A stretch of DNA of 64,000 nucleotides, taken from the human T2T-CHM13v2.0 reference genome, Homo sapiens. The stretch lies in the NCBI RefSeq assembly GCF_009914755.1, contig NC_060948.1, one strand, 5' to 3'. Both the position numbers and the translations under genes were made by a program. Below, one piece after another: positions 41,237-58,689 of the stretch (the first letter of the stretch is position 1; each line of letters opens with the position of its first letter). The notes beneath the pieces are model-generated. The model was not told where the DNA came from. It saw only the letters and a program-made list of their open reading frames with translations, and did not search any database.

Positions 41237-42388
41237 TATATGAATATGATGTTTAAAGTGAGTACATTTAGATTCTGACCATTTATAAGTTTGGAAATAT
41301 CTGAGAAGAAGTAGGCTTATAATATCATTTCACTTATATCTTCTCATGATCACTGCCAAAAAACTTATCTATCAGAATAATGGGCCCTATATTTTAGACG
41401 TTTTAGTATTTTAAAAATTAATGGAGTCCAAATTTAACATGACATATACCAAATTCAATGATATTATGAGCATAATTTTGTGTATTTTGTTTTGATTTTA
41501 ATTTTAGCATTCTCTTGGAAATTTCTTGATAGTTATTCACTCCTCTTTTCCTCCCTGCGTACATTCTATATCTTAATACAAATTATTTTTGTATCACGAA
41601 TTCTAGAGGATCCGGGAAAGACAGCTAACTAGATGCAGCTGGGAAGTGCCAATCCCACAGAGAGAGACCACAATTTTTATTACACCAACACAATTTGAAC
41701 AGATCTTGAACTGAAAATGTCAAATGTGGATGGAGAAAAGGTGTGGACGCTGAGGCTGAAGAGGAAGGAAGTTGGGAACCCCGCATGGGGTGTCTGAGTG
41801 CTATGACTTGTTCCCAGTCCCAAATGATGCCTGGGAAGGGATGAGTGAAGGGAATGGGGGCTCCTCATCCTCACTTTGTACCTCTGGGATACTCAGTGCA
41901 GGGGAACCCACAGCCCCATAGACAAGTTGACAGCGGATCTCCCCAGAGATTATATTGAGGTGGAGCTGCAGCAGGTGAGAAGCCAGAGATGTTTGAGTTT
42001 GGGTCAGCTCTGGCGGAGGTTCGCCATAAGCTCCCACACCCCAGGGCTGCACATCTTACTCTGAGAGGTCCTGGGCACAGCTAAAACTGCCTAGGAAAAA
42101 GCAGGGCCTGTTTCCACACAGGACTGGGGAACATCTGTCTTTTAGGCCCATCCTCTCACTAGACCCTCCCAGAAATTCTGTCTTGCTGCCCCATTGGGGT
42201 GTGTATGCAATAGAGACTCCACTGCTCAGCCTGGTTGCTTTCTCCACCCGAGTGCATTCTGGTAGCCTGGGAGCCCTTTGGATCTCCCCACTGCATTTAG
42301 AATCTAACCCCAAGCATATGGGGGAGTAAGTTGCAAGCAGGTCCTGACACCCCAGGGCTGTGGCCTGCAGCTCAAACGTGCTGAGTTA

Positions 42389-42802
<414 letters not shown>

Positions 42803-43416
42803 CTATTCTGGTAAGAGTGTGGCTTATTTTCCTACCACACCTCTCTCCAAGAAAGTCCCGTGTCCTGAAAAACATAACAACAATAAAATTGCAAGCACAG
42901 TGCCTGTGATTTGAGACGGCTTTCCAAAGGCCCACAAGGAAACCTGGTGAGGGGGTCACCTCTCTAGCCCTTACACCACATAACAGAGCTGAAAATATAA
43001 AGATACGCAATGAAACATCATGGCTGGGTAAGAGCCTATCTATTTCCCATTGCTCCCAAGAGCCATACACTGGATTGCTGCCAAAACTAGAACATCAAAA
43101 ATTACTAATAATTATGACACACTGTGAAACCGAGAGCAAAAATTCAATAACAAAGACCCTGCAGAGTCTTAGCTCTGTGAAAACTTCCAGAAATGAAACC
43201 AACTGAGTATACTCAATTTACACCACAATTAAGGCAATACTACCCTGCCCGACGAGAAAAAACAATGCAAGAACTCTGGCAAAAAACAAACAAACAAACA
43301 AACAAACAAACAAACAGGTTGTCCCCTTACCTCCAAATAAACCCACTAGATCCAGAGCAATGTTTCTTAACTAGTCTAAATTGTCTGAAATGATAGACAT
43401 AAAAATCCGACTGTTG

Positions 43417-44238
<822 letters not shown>

Positions 44239-44243
44239 GATTT

Positions 44244-44260
44244 TGGTACCAGGAGTGTTT
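44244..44260 (+). other. Primer binding site, tRNA-Leu-like
   Basis: TGGTACCAGGAGTG just after the 5' LTR, complementary to a tRNA-Leu(UAA)-type 3' end as expected for ERV-L. Confidence 0.8.
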
Positions 44261-44369
44261 CTAGAGGAACAGAATATTAAGTATGGACTTCTTTCATTGG
44301 TTTTGGGTTTCCTAGAGTTGGCTGCTTAAGATGATTAGACCCCAAAATACTAAGGACTGTATTTCTCAT

Positions 44370-46030
44370 AGTATGGAGAACACTGATAGTCCTTGATGTG
44401 AACTGTCTAGAGAGTTATGCAAAATAAATGCATTTGGCACTCCTGATTCACTGCTCATGAGAAGCAAAGAGTTTAGTGACTCTATACGTAATATCTTTGA
44501 CCGTATGTGGAGAATCAAGGAACATAATGAAACTGGTTAATTGCTCCTAAATTCAGTGTACAAAATGATGAAAGAAAATGATGAGCTCAGAGTTTCTAAC
44601 TCCTGGCTTCAGAAGCAGATACTTAGCCTCAAATCTGCTAAGATTACCCTGAGTGAGAGTCTTAACTCCTGTAGAGAAAGAGCTGAAATTGTGAAAAAAC
44701 AGACACAAGCTCTTATCATGCGAGTGGCTGACCTGCAGCAAAAGGTGCATGCAAAACCTTGCCATGTGTCTACTGTTAAATTGAGGGCATTGACTGAAAA
44801 AGAATGGGACCCTGCAACATGGAATGGGAACGTGTGGGAGGACACTGACGAAGTGGGGGACACCGAGTTTGTAAACTTTCATGAAGCTTTTTTGCCAGAA
44901 GGAACAGCTTACCCATCCGCAGTAGTGGCAACATCCACCCCCGCCCCCACCCCATCCATGCTGTCATCAGTGTTTCCAACTTTGAGGAGATAAACCCTGA
45001 ACTGCCTGAAGCAGCAGTGATGGTCTCCCCTGAGCCAGTGGCCAGACCAGATAATGTTGATTCTCCTCAGGAGCCACCCCAAACACCCCTGTTTGCTTCT
45101 AGACCTATAACTAGACTAAAGTCCCGGTAAGCCCCTAAAGGTGAGGTTCAGAGTGTTACCCATGAGGAGGTGCACTGCACACAAAAAGAATTGCTTGAGT
45201 TTTCTAATTTATATAAAGAGAAATCTGGAGAACAGGCATGGGAATAGACATTGAGGGTGTGGGATAATGGTAGAAGGAACATAGAGTTGAATCAGGCTGA
45301 ATTTCTTGATTTGGGCCCACTAAGTAGGGATTCTGCATTTAATTTTGCAGCTCAAGGAGTTGAAAAAGCTTCTAATAGTTTATTTGCTTGGTTAGCTGAA
45401 ATGTGGATTTAAAGGTAGCCCACTGTGAGCGAGCTGAAAATGCCTGATTTTCTCCCTTGGTTTAATGTAAAGGAAGGGATCCAAAGGCTTAGGGAGATTG
45501 GGATGGTGGATTAGTCACTTTAGACCTACTCATTCCAATAGGGAGGGTCCAGAAGATGTACCCTTGACCAATGCCTTGCAAAATAGATTCGTGAGGGCAG
45601 CACCTGCATCACCAAAGGGCATGTAATCATTCCTCTCTGTATGTCAGATCTAACAACAAGAAGAACAGTAACTCAACTACAAAATTTAAACACAATGGAA
45701 ATAATTGGATCACAAGGCTGCAGGGACAAAGCGGCAGCACTCAACCATCAAAGGCAAGGTGGGTGTAGCTACCATAATGGACAGCAGAGGCAAAGAAGCA
45801 ATTAGAATAGTCTTACTCATGTAGAGCTCTGGGATTGGCTAATTAATCACGGTGTTCCTAGAAGTGAAATTGATAGGAAGCCTACTGAATTCCTAGTTAA
45901 CTTATATAAGCAGAAAACATCTAGGTCAAATACACAAAAGACTGACTTGAATTATAAAAAAGATTCATGGCCCCTCAATGAATTTCCAGACTTGAGCCAG
46001 TTTACACACCCAGAACCCCCTGAATGAAGG
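44370..46030 (+). pseudogene. gag: HERV-L gag, disrupted
   Basis: ORF 44541-44993 (KEWDPATWNGNVWED), followed by further gag-like sequence with stops and frameshifts; boundaries approximate. Confidence 0.85.
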
Positions 46031-49000
46031 AGAAGCCAGGTCCCCTTGAAGAAGGACCCCACTACACTACCGACAATTTATGCTGTTAATGTTTCTCCCA
46101 TCTTTCCCCAAGGAGACCTCTGGCCTTTTACCAGGGTAACTGTGCACTGGGGAAAGGAAAATGATCAGACATTTTAGGGACTACTGGACACTGACTCTGA
46201 GCTAACATAAATTCCAGGAGACCCAAAACATCATTGTGGTTCTTCAGTTAAAGTAAGGGCTTATGGATGTCAGGTAGTTAATGGAGTTTTAGCTCAGGTT
46301 CAACTTACAGTAGGTCCAGTAGGTACACAGACTCATCCTGTGGTCATTTCCCCAGTGCCAGAATGCATAATTGGAATAGACATACTTAGCAGCTGTCAGA
46401 ACCCCCACATTGGCTCTCTGACTGGTAAGGTGAGGGCTATTATAGTGGGAAAGGTCAAATTGAAGCCATTAGAGCTGCCTCTACCTCACAAAATAGTAAA
46501 ACAAAAACAATATTTCATCCCCAGAGGGATTGTGGAGATAAGTACCACCATCAAGGACTTGGAAGATGCAGGAGTGGTGATTCCCACCACATCCCTGTTC
46601 AACTCTCCCATTTGCTTTGTGCAGAAGACAGATGGATCCTGGAGAATGACAGTGAATTATCATAAGCTTAACCAAGTGCTGAATTCAATTGCAGTTGCTG
46701 TACCAGATGTGGTTTCATTGTTTGAGCAAATTAACCCATCTCCTGGTACCTGATATGCAGCCATTGACTTGACAAATGTGTTTTTCTCCATGCCTGTCTA
46801 TAAGTCCCACCAGAAGCAATTTACCTTCAGCTGGCAAGGCCAGCAATATACCTTTACTGTCCTACCTCACAGGTATAAAAACTCTCTGACTTTGTGTCAT
46901 AATCTTATTTGGAGAGACCTTCATTGCTTTTCACTTTCACAAGATATCACACTGGTACCTTATATTGATGACATTATGCTGATTGGGTCCAGTGCACAAG
47001 AAGTAGCTAGCACACTGGACTTATTGGTGAGATATTTGCGTGGAAGAGAATGGGAAACAGATTTGACTAAATTTCAGGGACCTTTGACCTCAGTAAAATG
47101 TGTGGGGCCTGTCAAGATATTATTTCTAAGGTGAAGGATAAGTTGCTGTATTTGGCCCCTCCTACAACCAAGAAAGATACAAAGCTGAGTGGGCTTATTT
47201 GGATTTTGGAGGTAACAGATTCCTCAGTTGGGTGTGTTACTCCAGCCCATTTATTGAGTGACCTGAAAGGCTGCCAGTTTTGAGTGAGGTCCAGAATAGG
47301 AGAAGGCTCTGCAACAGGTCCAGGCTGCCATGCAAGCTGCTCTGCCACTTGAGCCATGTGACTCTGCAGATTCAATGGTGCTTGGGGTATCAGTGGCAGA
47401 TAGAGAGGCTGTTTCGAGCCTCTGGCATTCCTCCATAGGTGAATCACAGCAGAGGCCTCTAGGATTTTGAAGCAAGGCCCTGAAATCTTCTGCAGATAAC
47501 TACTCTCCTTTTGAGAGACAGCTCTTGGCCTGTTACTGGGCTTTGGTGGAAACTGAATGTTTGACTATGGGCCATCAAGTCACCATGAGACCTGAACTGC
47601 CTGAAACGAACTTGGTGCTTTCTGACCCATCAAACCATAAAGTGGGTCATGCACAGCAGCATTCTATCATCAAATGGAAGTAGTATATATGTGATTGGGC
47701 TCTGGCAGATCCTGAAGGCACAAGTTATATGAGGAAGTGGCTCAAATGCCCATGTTTTCCACTTATGCCGCCCTGCCTTCTCTCCCTCAGCCTGCACCGA
47801 TGGCCTCATGAGGAGTTCCCTATGATCAGTTGAAAGAGCAAGAGAAGACTAGGGCCTGGTTCACAAATGGTTCTGCATGATATGCAGGTACCACCAGAAA
47901 GTGGACAGCTGCAGCACTACAGCCCCTTTCTAGGACTTGCCTGAAGGACAGCGGTGAAGGGAAATCTTCCCAGTGAGCAGAATTTCAAGCAGTGCAGCTG
48001 GTTGTGCACTTTTCATGGAAGGAGAAATGGCCAGATGTGTGATTATATACTGACTCATGGGCTCTAGCCATTGGTTTGACTGGATGGCCAGGGACTTGAA
48101 AGAAGCAATCTTGGAAAATTGTTGGCAAAGAAATTTGGGTAAGAATTATGTGGATGGACCTTTCTGAGTGGTCAAAAACTGAAGACATTTGTATCCATAT
48201 GAGTGCTCACCAATGGGTGATCTCAGCAGAGGAAGATTTTCATAATTAATTGGATAGGATGACCCATTCTGTGGACATCACTCAGCCTCTTTACCCAGCC
48301 ACCCCTGTATTGCCCAATGGGCACATGAATAAAGTGGCCATGGTGGCAGGGATGGAGGTTATACATGGGCTCAGCCACATGGACTTCCAGTTACCCAGGC
48401 TGACCTGGCTATGGCCAAGTGCCCAGTTTGTCAGCAGCAGACACCAACACTGAGCCCTGGATATGGCACGATTCCTCAGGGTGATCAGCCAGCTACCTGG
48501 TGGCAGGTTGATTATATTGGACCTCTTCCATAATAGAAAGGGCAGAGGTTTGTCCCCACTGGAATGGACACTTATTCTGGATATGGATTTGCCTATCCTG
48601 CACACAATGCTTCTGCCAAGACTACCGTCTGTGGACTCACGGCATGCATTATCCACCATCATGGTATTCCACACAACATTGCCTCTGATCAAGGCATGCA
48701 CTTTACATCTAAAGAAGTGCAACAATGGACTCACGCTTGAGGAATCCACTGATCTTACCGTGTGCCATCATCCTGAGACAGCTAGATTGATAGAACGGTG
48801 GAATGGCCTTTTGAAGTCACAATTACAATGCCAACTAGGTGACAATACTTTGCAGGGCTGGGGCAAAGTTCTCCAGAAGGCCCTGTATGCTCTGAATCAG
48901 CATCCAATACATGGTATTATTTCTCCCATAGCAAGGATTCGTGAGTCCAGGAATCAAGGGGTGGAAGTGGAAGGGGCACCACTCACTATGACCCCTAGTG

Positions 49001-49545
49001 ACTCACTAGCAAAATTTTTGCTTCCTGTTCCTGTGACATTACATTCTGCTGACCCAGAGGTCTTAGCTCCAGAGGGAGGTATTCTGCCACCAAAAGAAAC
49101 AACAATGATTCCATTAAACTGGAAGTTAAGATTGCCACCTGGACACTCTGGGCTCCCCCTACCTTTAAGTCAAAAGGCTAAGAAGGGAGTTACAGTGTTG
49201 GCTGGGGTAAATGACCCAGAATATCAAGGTGAAACCAGTCTACTACTCCACAAGGGAGGTAAGGAAGAGTATACATGGAATACAGGAGATCTATTAGGGC
49301 ATCTGTTGGTGTTAACATGCTCTATGGTTAAGCTCAATGGGAAACTACAACAGCCCAATCCAGGGAGAACTACTAATAGCCCAGACCCTTTAGGAATGAA
49401 GGTTTGGGTCACTCCACCAGGAAAAAAACCATGACCTGCTGAGGTGCTTGCTGAAGGCAAAAGGAATACAGAATGGACAGTAGAAGAAGTTAGTCATCAA
49501 TACCAGTTACTGTTACATGACCAGCTGCAGAAATGGGGACTCTGA
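46030..49545 (+). pseudogene. pol: HERV-L pro-pol (PR, RT, RNase H, IN) plus dUTPase, disrupted
   Basis: Protease-like LLDTDSEL at ~46181; FNSPICFVQKTDGSWRMTVNY; RT motif YIDDIML; IN LIERWNGLLK; dUTPase-like IPLNWKLRLPPGH...GVTVLAGVNDPEYQGE. Confidence 0.92.
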
Positions 49546-49819
49546 TTTTCATGACTATTTTCTCTTTCTTTTGTTAAAAACATGTTTGTGAATGTATGCA
49601 CTTCTACTAAGAAAATATTTTCCTTTTTGTTTCCTTTCTCCTTTATCATGTGACATAAGATTTATTAACTTCATATCAGCATTTAAGTATTGTTAACTTT
49701 ATGTAATAGCATTTGGGTTGGGGATTGGTGCATTTCCAGTTGTATGAAGGATAAATATATTATGTTAGGCATAAATATGACCATAACGTGTATGGTTTCA
49801 AGTTGACAAGGGATGAACT

Positions 49820-50432
49820 TGTGATTGTTAATACTGAGTGTCAACTTGTTTGGATTGAAGGATGCAAAGTATTGATCCTGCGTGTGTTCGTGAGGGTTTT
49901 GCCAAAGGAGATTAACATTTGAGTCAGTGGGCTGGGAAAAGTACCCCCACCCTTAGTCTGGGTGGACACCTTCTAATTAGCTGCCAGGGCAGCTGGAATA
50001 TAAAGCAGGCAGAAAAATGTGAAAAGACTAGACTGGCCTAACCTCCCAGCCTACATCTTTCTCCAGTGCTGGATGCTTCCTTCTCTCAAACATTGGACCC
50101 GAAGTTCTTCAGTTTTGGGACTTGGATTGGCATTACTTGCTCCTCAGTTTGCAGATGGCCTATTGTGGGACCTTGTGATCGTATGAGTTAATACTTAATA
50201 ATATCTCATATATATAGATATATATATCTTATATCTATATATATAGGATAGATCCTATATCTATATATATCGATATATATATCTTATATCTATATATTGA
50301 TATATAATATATATCGATATATATAGATATAGGATCTCTCCTATATCTATATATTATATATATTATATATCTCTATATAAGGATGTATATATATATCTTA
50401 TTAATTTTGTCCCTCTAGAGAACCCTAATACA
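49820..50432 (+). promoter_or_regulatory. 3' LTR, MLT2A1-like, with expanded AT-rich tract
   Basis: Homologous to 43771-44238; 613 bp because of the TA-rich expansion at ~50200-50400. Confidence 0.92.
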
Positions 50433-53400
50433 AAACTCTATCCAAAAAAGCCAAGTAATTCATTAAAACAATTCAGTATTTGAAAGATGAAATACTCATT
50501 TTATAAAAGACCCAAACTGAACTTCTTGGGTTAAAAAAATCACTAAAAGAATTGTATAATACAATCAGTGTTATTAAAGGAAGAGTAGATCAAGCTAAGA
50601 AAAAATGCTCAGAGCTTGACGACCGGTTCTTTAAATCAGCTCAGTAAGACAAAAGTAAAGAATGAAGAAAATTGAACAAAACCTCTGATAAATAATGGAT
50701 TATGTAAAGAGATAAAATCTATGATTCATTGGCATTCCTGAGAGAGAAGAAGAGAGAATAAGAAGCCTGGAAAATATATGTGGGAGAATAGTACATAAAA
50801 ATTTTCATAAACCTGATAGAGAGCTTGGCATGCAAGTCCAAGAAATACAGAGAGCCTCAACCAGAAACTGTAAAAGATGACCCTCCCAAAGGCACATAGT
50901 CATCAAGTTCACCAAGGTCAATGCAAAGAAAAAGATCTTAAAGGCAGCTAGAGAGAAGGGTCAGGTTATATACAGACAGAACTCCATATGGCTACCATCA
51001 GATCTCTCAGCAGAAACCTTATAAGCCAGAAAAGATTGGGGGCCTAGCTTCAGTGCCCTTAAAGAAAAGAAATTCCACCCAAGTATTTCATATCCTGCCA
51101 AACTAAGCTTCATAAGTGAAGGAGAAATAAAAGCTTTCTCTGACAAGCAAATGCTGAGGAAATACAATTTCAAATAAGAATAGCCTCATAAAAGGTCCTT
51201 AAAGGAGTGCTAAACATAGATTAAAAAGAACAACAACAACAAAGACACACTTAAGCACACAGCCCACATACATTATAAAGTAACTGTGTAATAAAGTCTA
51301 CATAGCAACCAGCTAACAACACAATGACAGGATCACAATCACACATATCACACTAACCTTCAATTTAAATGAACTGAACGCCTCACTTAAAAACATAGAG
51401 TGGGAAACTGAATAAAAATACAAGAACCAACCATCTGTTGTTTTTAAGAGACCCTTCTCACATGTAAAGAAACTCACAGGCTACAAGTAAAATTGTGGAG
51501 TAAGATATATCATGCAAATAGAAAACAAAAAAAGAGCTATTCTTATGTCAGATAAAACAGAATTTAAACTAATAAAAATTAAGAAGGATCATGAAGGGCA
51601 TTACATAATGATAAATAGTACAATCCAGCAAGAAACTTTAACGATCTTTAGTGTATATACACCAAACATTGGAGAACACAGATTCATAAAACAACTTCTT
51701 GGTGTATGAAAAAAAAAAACAAAAAACAGACAACCAAACTATAATAGTGGAAGATTTTAACACCACAGTGATAGGATTACAATAAATAATTGTGGCAAAA
51801 ATCTAACAAAGAAACTCTGGACTTAAACTTGACACTTGACCAATTGGACCTAATAAACACCTATAGAAACTCTACCCAACAGCCGCAGAATATACATTCA
51901 TCTTATCTGCACACAGAATATAGTCTAATATTCGCCACCTACTCAGTCATAAAGCAAGCCTGAATAAATGCAAAACAAATTGAAATCATATCAAGCACAC
52001 TCTTGCATCCCAGTGCAATAAAAATATACATCAATATAAATAAGATCTCTCAAAACTATAAAAATGCATGAAAATTAAACAAGTTATTCATGAATATCTA
52101 CTTAGGGAACATTGAAATTTAAACTTAAATACAAAACTTCCTTGAAATTAATAAAAATAAGCACACAACTTACCAAAATCTCTGAGATGCAGGCCAAGTA
52201 GTGTTAAAAGGAAAGTTTATATCTCTAAATGCATTCATCAAGATGTTAGAAAGATCTCAAATTAATAGTCTAACTTTGCACCTAAAGAAACTACAGAAAA
52301 ATGAACAAATCAACCCCAAAGCTACCAGAATAAAAGAAATAACTAAAATTAGATAAGAACTAAATGAAATTGAGATGCAAAAATTCATTAAAAATATCAA
52401 TGAAACCAATAATCGTTTCTTCAAAAAAATAAAAAACATTGATAGGCCCTTAGCTAGATTAATAAAGAACATGAAAGAGAAGATCCAAATAAGCACAATA
52501 AGAAATGACGAAGGTGATAATAAAACTGATCCCATAGAAATACAAAAGATACTCAGAGACTACTACGAACAACTCTATGCACACAAATTAAAAAATCTAA
52601 AGGAAATGGATACATTCTTGGAAGTGCACAATCTTATAAAATTGAATAAGGAAGAGATTAAACTCCAAATAGACCAATGAAAACTTCTAAAATTGAATCA
52701 GTAATAAATAACCTACCAACCAAATAAAAACCCCAGTAACAGATGAATTCACAGATGAATCCTATCAGACATAGAATGATCTGACACCAATCCTACTGAA
52801 ACTATTCCAAAAAATTGAGGAAGAGGTTCTCCTCGTTAACTCATTCTATGAAGGCAGCATCGGCCTGATACCAAAATCCTGCACAATGAAAAATTAAAAT
52901 TTTACACCAATATGCCTCATGAAAATATGCACAAAATTCACAATAAAATACCAGCAAATTGAATGCAACAGCACATCAAAAAGTTAACACAACACAATCA
53001 GGTGGGCTTATTTCTGGGACGCAAGTCTGATTCAACAGGTGCAAATCAATAAATGTGTTTAACCATACAAACAGAATTAAAAATCATATGGATTATCTCA
53101 ATTGACAGAGTAAAAGCTTTCAGTAAAAATCAAAATCCACTTATGATATAAACCCTCAAAAACTAGGCATTGAATGAACATACCTCAAAACAATAATAAC
53201 CATCCACAACAAACTCACGGCCAACATCATACTAAATGAGCAAAAACTGGAAGCTTTTCTCTTGAGAACTGGAGCAAGACAGGGATGCCTACTCTCATTC
53301 CTGCTGTTCAGTATAGTATTGGAAGTCCTAAGCAGAACAATCAAGCAAGGAAAGAAATAAAATGCACCTGAATATTAAAAGAAAAAGTGAAACTATCTCT

Positions 53401-55589
53401 CTTTGCAGACAATGTGACTCTGTACCTAAAAAATCCTAAACGCTCTGCCAAAAAGATCCCAGAACTAATAAACAACTTTAGTAAAGTTTCTGGATATAAA
53501 ATTAATGTACAAAAATTCGTAGCATTTCTTTCTACTGGCAACATCCAGACTAAAAGTGAAATCAAGAACACAATCTCACTTACAATAGCCACAAACAAAA
53601 TGAAATACGGAAAAATTCAGCTAATTAGGTGAAAGATCTCTACAAAGAGAAGTGCAAAACACTGCTGAATGAATTCAAAGATAACAAAACTAAATGGAAA
53701 AACATTCCATGCTCACAAATTAGAAAAATCAATATTATAAAAATGGCCATATAGCCCAAAGAAATGTACAGATTTAATACTATTCCTATCAAACAATCAA
53801 CATCATTTTTCACAGGATTAGAAAACTAATCTAAAATGAATATAAAGCCAAAAAACAGCCCTAATATCCAAAACAATCCCAAGCAAAAAGTACAAAGCTG
53901 GAGGCATCACACTACCCATCTTCAAACTATACTAGAAAGCCACAGTAACCAAAACAGCTTGGTGCCGATACAAAAATGGACACATAGACCAATGGAAAAG
54001 AATAGAAAACTCAGAAATAAAGCTGAACACCTGCAGCCATCTGATCTTTAGTGAGACTGAGCAAGAGAAGCAATGGGGAACAGACATCCTATTCAATAAA
54101 TGGTACTGGGATAACTGGCTAGCCATATACAGAAGATTGAAACTAGATCTCCATGTTTTACCATATACAAAAATTAACTCAAAATGGCTTAAATGAAGGG
54201 CCTCAAACTATAAAAATCCTGAAAAACAACCTAGGAAATACTCCTTTTCATATTTTCCTTGCCAAAGAATTTATGGCTGAGTCTTCAAAAGCAATTGCAA
54301 CAAAAACAGAAATTTACAAAAGGGATACAGTTAAACTGAAGAGCTTCTGAACAGCAAAAGAAACCATCGACAGAGTAAACAGACAACCTACAGAATGGGA
54401 GAAAATATTTGCAAACTATGTATCTAACAAATGTCTAATATCCAGAATCCATGAGAAACTCAAACAAATCCGAAAGCAAAAAACAAATAACCCCACTTTT
54501 TTTTAAATGGGCAAAAGACATGAAGAGACATTCCTCAAAAGAAGATATGCAAGTGGCCAACAAACAAACAAACAAAAAAGTGCTCAACATCACTAATTAT
54601 TAGAAATTTAAATCGAAAGCACAATAAGATACCATCTCACATCAGTCAGAATGGCCACTGATAAAAAGTCAAGAAACAACACTCTGGCCGGGCTGTGGAA
54701 AAATGGGAACAAATATACCATGTTGGTGGGAAAGTAAATTAGTCCAGTCACTGTGGGAAAACATCTAGAGATTTCTTAAAAAACTTAGAGCTACCATTTG
54801 ATCCAGCAATTCCATTATTGGGTATATACCGAAGATAAAATAAATCATTCTATCAAAAAGACACGTATTCTCTTATGTTCATTGTTTTGCTATTCACAAT
54901 AGCAGACATGGACTCAACCTGGGTGCCCATCAATGACAGGTTGGATAAAGAAAATGTGGTCCATATACACCATGGAATACTATGCAGCCACAAAAAAAGG
55001 TTGAAATCATGTATTTTGTGGCAACTTGGATAGAGCTGGAAGCCATAATCTTAAACAAATTAAGAACAGAAAACCAAATACTGCATGTTCTTACTTATAA
55101 GTGGGAGCTAAACATGGAACACACATGGACAAAATTATGGGAAAACCAGACACTGTGGAATACTAGAGGGTGGAGGGAGGGGTTTCCTGGTTAAAAACCA
55201 CCTATTGGGTACTATGATCACTACCTAGGTGATGAGACCCACACTCCAAACCTCAGCATCATATAACATTCCCATGTAACATATCTGTACATAGACTCAT
55301 TATATCTAAAATGAAAGTTGAGAAAACTTAATTTCTACCTTATAGGGCTATATTTGGTATTAAATGTAAATGACTGGCACCATACCTGGTATATTGTAGA
55401 CAGTCCATTACTCTTAGCCTAGGAGCACCCACTTTTCTAATACAATCCCCTTAGTGTTACTGAGAAAAGAATAACAAACTTGTAGTTAACAAACCCCAGA
55501 ATGAAATTTCATGTGTGTAACATAAATTTTTTTCTTTGTTTTCTCTCATTTTTGTTGTGGTTTTCTTTTCTTATTTCTTTTCCTTTTCT

Positions 55590-55745
55590 TTTCTCAAAAT
55601 CTATTTGTTCTCTGACTCTACCACTTAAATTCTGTGTGACCTTTAGCTAATTACTGAAACTTTTGGAGCCTCAGTTTCTTCATTTTAAAACAGGGTTGAT
55701 AATGTTGTCCTTATAACAATTTTTGGAAAGTTTAAATGAGATTAC
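55590..55745 (+). mobile_element. MIR SINE
   Basis: CTGTGTGACCTT...GAGCCTCAGTTTCTTCATTTTAAAACAGGG...TTAAATGAGAT. Confidence 0.85.
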
Positions 55746-55884
55746 AAAACAAAATAGAAGAACTCTAATAAACTAAAATTAAAGCAATTAAGTAGTAGTT
55801 TATTTCTTCATAGGAATGTAAATTCTTGGGAGATAAAATTGTTATTATTCCAGACCTCCACAGCCAATAATGATTAATAATATA

Positions 55885-56460
55885 AAAAATATATTCAGTT
55901 CTTGAAACCATGCTATGTGCCAAACAGCACACAAGTTGATATGGGAGAAAAAGCAATGAATAAGATGCTGCATCTACCCATAAGAAGATTAACACACTGT
56001 AGAGAAATAGAGTATTTATAATGACCGTCAATGTTATTTATAATAAATGCAAAAGGGAAACTGAACATAGCATAGAGGTTGACATGAGGGATATTATTTT
56101 AGTTTAGAGGATAAAAACAACCTTTATGAATGAGATACTGTAAGATGGATTTAAAGAATAAATGCTTTTTGCATTTTGACAAAAATAGTTCAAATATGAG
56201 TTATGAATTAGAAATTCCAAGCAAATGAGATACCTAAAACAAAGTCACAAGAGATTTAGTGAATCCATGACATTTTTGGATAAGTGTGAGACATTCACTA
56301 CTTCAGTTTAGTGGATTTTAGTAGAAAGTTATTTAGAAACCTGCATTGAGACTAGAAGATGAACATTTTTGACTATCAGCCTAGCCAAATACGTTGTAAC
56401 AAACCTGAGTTTTTCAATATTTTTAAATACAGGAGTGGCAAAATCAGAGATGTGCTATAA
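55885..56460 (-). mobile_element. L2 fragments (very degenerate)
   Basis: CTATGTGCCAAACA, TTTATGAATGAG...TTTAAAGAATAAAT and CAGGAGTGGCAAAATCAGA motifs. Confidence 0.5.
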
Positions 56461-56759
56461 AAATGACATGTCATAGACAAAATAATGCAGAATAGACACT
56501 GAGTAAAATAGAAGCGGTTCCTTTGTGCATTTCAACATGTTAAGCTTTATCACTTTCAGGTTATTGAAATATATACCTTCACATTACATAGATTATATAC
56601 AGATAGATATAGAGATATGTATCTGTACATACTATATCTTTATATAGAGAAAAAGCTTGAGATATATATATAAAATATAGATAGATACCATAGCTTAATA
56701 AATATATATGTCAACATAAAATACATTATATTGGCAACATTCTCAGATAAATGTACCTT

Positions 56760-58689
<1,930 letters not shown>

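Noticed and set aside
56570-56710. TA/GA-rich tract as a second palindrome
   Set aside because: Only low-complexity sequence; I found no long perfect inverted arms by eye.
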